DNA from: Abditibacteriaceae bacterium
Lineage (GTDB): Bacteria > Armatimonadota > Abditibacteriia > Abditibacteriales > Abditibacteriaceae
Reading direction: 5' to 3'
Assembly (NCBI GenBank): GCA_031425655.1
Contig: JANPJS010000184.1
Coordinates: 1-17,940 of the forward strand
Length of the DNA: 17,940 nt
Position 1 is the first letter of the stretch; each line of letters opens with the position of its first letter. The translations under genes were made by a program, and so were the position numbers. Shown here piece by piece: positions 15,355 to 17,940 of the stretch. The notes beneath the pieces are model-generated. The model searched no databases and was not told the origin of the DNA. It saw only the letters and a program-made list of their open reading frames with translations.

Positions 15355-17733
15355 ATGGCAGTCGCTCCTCCCGTTCGCATTGATGTGCGCCGCCGCCCCG
15401 CTCCGCTGCGCGGCGAGGTGTGGATTCGCTACGGCGCCGCCTACTTGTCCACCCTCATCGCCATTGCTGCAGAATCTTCGGCGCCGGGCATGAAAAGCTC
15501 GTTCATCTGGTCGCTGGTCGTGATGGCGACGCTTGGCCTGCCGGTTTCTCTTGCCTTGCGCTTTTCGGGACTGCGCATCGGCAAATACCAAATTCCCCGC
15601 CTTGCCATCGGCACATTCTGGAGCGCGCTGGCCACGCTCGGCATCCTGTTTTTGGTCGTAGACCCGTTGCAACAGCGCGTCCACACCACGATTTTATCGC
15701 CGGATTTCGCGGCGGCGTTTTTCAATCGCCACGACGCCGATGAGGCGATTTCCATCATTTTGCAGGTGTTTTCGATTATCATGGTGTGTCGCAGCTTCGC
15801 CATCATTTTCGACAAAGATACGGTGCTTTCCACAGTGCCGGCTTTTTGCGTTTTAGTGCTGCTGATTGTGGTCGAGCGGAGTGCGGGCGTGGTGTTTTGC
15901 TTCGTGTTATGGGCGGCGATGGCCGCTGTGCTTTTTGCGCTCGATCATCGTCAGGAAACCAGCCGGAGAGTTTCCGTAGTCGTGCCGGCCTTCGTGCCGG
16001 GACAAAACGCCGTGCTTTCGGCGCGCACTTTGGGCGGTTTGATGGCGTTTTCGCTGTTGTGCGCGGCGGTTTTGTCTTACTTCGTGACCAGCCGCATCGA
16101 AAACCGTTCCAGCGCCGAAGGCTGGATTTCCGCGCTCGCCGGTAAACTGACGCAATTTACTTCCGCGCTGCCGGATGTATCCGTGAACGCCGGGCCGGAG
16201 CGCCAGATTGACTTCACCAGCGGCCCGTCTCTGCCGACGCGCTCGACGCTTTGGGTCATTTCCGCCAGAGACCTGAAAACCGGCGCCGTGCTGCAGCCCA
16301 ATTACTGGCGCTTGTTCACCTTAGCCCGTTACACCGGCACCGGTTGGTCGCAGGCGGGCAATAAAGCCGCGAGGATTTCCCCGGAAGTGGTAGGCGATGT
16401 CGGCTTGCGCGGCTTTTTGCCTCGCCCTCCGCTTTCGGGCTTCGTGAGAGAAAGTGTGAAGCGCCGCAAAGGCTACGACGTAGAACGTCATCTGGCTTTC
16501 GGGGCGCCGAAAGGCATCGCTTTTGGTGCGACGACCCGGCGTGTGCGCCTCAAAGTGATCTCAAGGCGCCAGAATCTCGGCTATCTGCCGCATTTGCCCT
16601 CGCCGCTTTATGTGGACGTTCCAAGCGTTCGTTCCGACTTCCGCTCTGATGCGATTTCTGCCTTTCCCGACCGCAGCATAGATGTGCATTTTGTCGAAGC
16701 CGGACAGGTCATCAATATCGTCAGCGCGGTGCCGCCGACCGACGATTACGGCATCGGGGCGGCTCAGCCGCCACTGCGCCGCAGCGAGCGTCCTAATCCC
16801 GCAGCGCGCCTTTCTCCCGAAGAACGGCGCCTTTATTTGCAGTTGCCCGCAGGATTAAACCGAGTGCGCGCCTTAGCCAATAAAGTGACACGAGAAACGC
16901 CCGAAGACGCCGGCGATTTCGTGCGCGCCCGCCGCCTTGCCGAGATTGTAGAAAAAAGCGCGACTTACACCCTGACTCCGCCGCGCTTGCCGCCGGGACG
17001 TGATGCCACTGAGTTCTTTCTATTTGAAGGCCGTCGCGGTTATTGCACCTATTTCGCGGGCGCTTTGGCCGTCGCGTGCCGCAGTGCCGGCATCCCGGCG
17101 CGCGTGGTCAGCGGCTTCACTGCCGGAGAACTGCATCGCAACGGCAGTTTTGAGGTGCGCGAAGCTAACGCTCACGCTTGGACGGAAGTTTGGGTGCCAA
17201 ACTGGGGCTGGGCGACCTTAGATGCCACGCCCGCCGCAGATCGCGGCGACAACGCCGCCGATTGGTGGACAACTTGGGCCGAAAAGCTCACGCGCTTCTT
17301 CGATGCGAGCGTGGCTTGGCTTTCGGGCCATCGCACGCATTTGGCGCTGCTGGGCTTGGCGGTTGTTGTCGGAGGCTTGTCGCTGCTGCGCGAAAAAGCG
17401 CTGCTTCCGGCGCGCCGTCTGACTTCGCTGCGCTTGCGCCGTCGCGTTTCGGATACCGCCGCGCGGGCGCAAATTGACGAAGTTTACGAGCGCGCGGCGC
17501 ACTCTCTGGAAAAACGCTTTCGTGCGCGCCCGTCGTGGGAAACGCCGCACGAATGGCTGGGTGCGGCCCAATCGGCGCTGCAACTGCAAAACCCGGCGCC
17601 GCTGCGCCGCCTGACCGATTTATTCATTCAAGCGCGCTATTCGCCGCGCCCGTTGGGCGCCGAAGAAACCGAAGAAGCGTGGCGAACGCTCGGCGAAGTG
17701 CGCTGGGACAAAGCCAAAAACTCTACCAAATGA
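15355..17733 (+). CDS. Polytopic membrane transglutaminase-like protein (TgpA-like; DUF3488 + transglutaminase core + DUF4129-like C-terminus)
   Basis: Multiple N-terminal TM helices, YWR...Y.G.GW, triad motifs RGYCTYFA / AHAWTEV / LDATP, a C-terminal TM, and ETPHEW...LTDLFIQARYS. Confidence 0.92.
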   Translation: MAVAPPVRIDVRRRPAPLRGEVWIRYGAAYLSTLIAIAAESSAPGMKSSFIWSLVVMATLGLPVSLALRFSGLRIGKYQIPRLAIGTFWSALATLGILFLVVDPLQQRVHTTILSPDFAAAFFNRHDADEAISIILQVFSIIMVCRSFAIIFDKDTVLSTVPAFCVLVLLIVVERSAGVVFCFVLWAAMAAVLFALDHRQETSRRVSVVVPAFVPGQNAVLSARTLGGLMAFSLLCAAVLSYFVTSRIENRSSAEGWISALAGKLTQFTSALPDVSVNAGPERQIDFTSGPSLPTRSTLWVISARDLKTGAVLQPNYWRLFTLARYTGTGWSQAGNKAARISPEVVGDVGLRGFLPRPPLSGFVRESVKRRKGYDVERHLAFGAPKGIAFGATTRRVRLKVISRRQNLGYLPHLPSPLYVDVPSVRSDFRSDAISAFPDRSIDVHFVEAGQVINIVSAVPPTDDYGIGAAQPPLRRSERPNPAARLSPEERRLYLQLPAGLNRVRALANKVTRETPEDAGDFVRARRLAEIVEKSATYTLTPPRLPPGRDATEFFLFEGRRGYCTYFAGALAVACRSAGIPARVVSGFTAGELHRNGSFEVREANAHAWTEVWVPNWGWATLDATPAADRGDNAADWWTTWAEKLTRFFDASVAWLSGHRTHLALLGLAVVVGGLSLLREKALLPARRLTSLRLRRRVSDTAARAQIDEVYERAAHSLEKRFRARPSWETPHEWLGAAQSALQLQNPAPLRRLTDLFIQARYSPRPLGAEETEEAWRTLGEVRWDKAKNSTK

Positions 17734-17741
17734 GCCGTATG

Positions 17742-17776
17742 CATGGAGCGGCGCTCCTTGCTTCCGCCGCTCCATG
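17742..17776. repeat. 12-bp-stem hairpin after the transglutaminase stop (terminator or REP-like)
   Basis: catggagcggcg (17742-17753) pairs with cgccgctccatg (17765-17776). Confidence 0.7.
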
Positions 17777-17839
17777 AATTACTCTTTTTATTAACCCAAG
17801 TTGCTACCTATTGAAGATAAATAATGGAGCCGCACTTTG

Positions 17840-17940
17840 CCCTCACCCAACCTCCCCCGGAGGGGGAGGAGCCGCGTTTTCTCAAGGATTTTTGCCCTGA
17901 AGAGCGCACTCCTCCCCCTCCGGGGGAGGTTGGGTGGGGG
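17840..17940. repeat. Pair of inverted 32-bp C/G-run palindromic repeats (REP doublet), reaching the window edge
   Basis: ccctcacccaacctcccccggagggggaggag (17840-17871) versus the reverse complement of 17909-17940, with one mismatch. Each arm has its own hairpin cctccccc-gga-gggggagg. Confidence 0.9.

Noticed and set aside
15196..15684. N-terminal 163 aa of track ORF 14881..15684
   Set aside because: It is antisense to the transglutaminase gene and crosses the repeats. The composition shift and TATAAT position point to the ATG at 15195.

Overview
GC-rich bacterial chromosomal window, mostly housekeeping and metabolic genes. Left to right: an RspA/ManD-like enolase-superfamily dehydratase (-), a secreted alpha/beta esterase (+) and a small hypothetical gene (+). 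Next is a long minus-strand run, in transcription order tRNA-Gln(UUG), a short glmU-like gene, prs, rplY/ctc, pth, two exported thioredoxins, trpF, and an unusual in-frame fusion of a TIGR04282/DUF2064-like nucleotidyl/glycosyltransferase with a CE15-like esterase. The divergent plus-strand run is a HEAT-repeat protein, smpB, a DUF58 protein and a membrane transglutaminase-like protein. The most striking non-genic signal is that most intergenic gaps hold an inverted-repeat element, from many unrelated sequence families. One is a ~700-bp cassette whose nested terminal inverted repeats enclose an AT-rich, apparently leaderless orphan gene between the DUF58 and transglutaminase genes. Another sits between two diverged copies of the 5' end of the downstream gene. 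A 21-bp x ~12 tandem array could encode a His-striped heptad peptide. No transposase, integrase or CRISPR-Cas is visible. All family assignments come from motif recognition by eye, not database searches.
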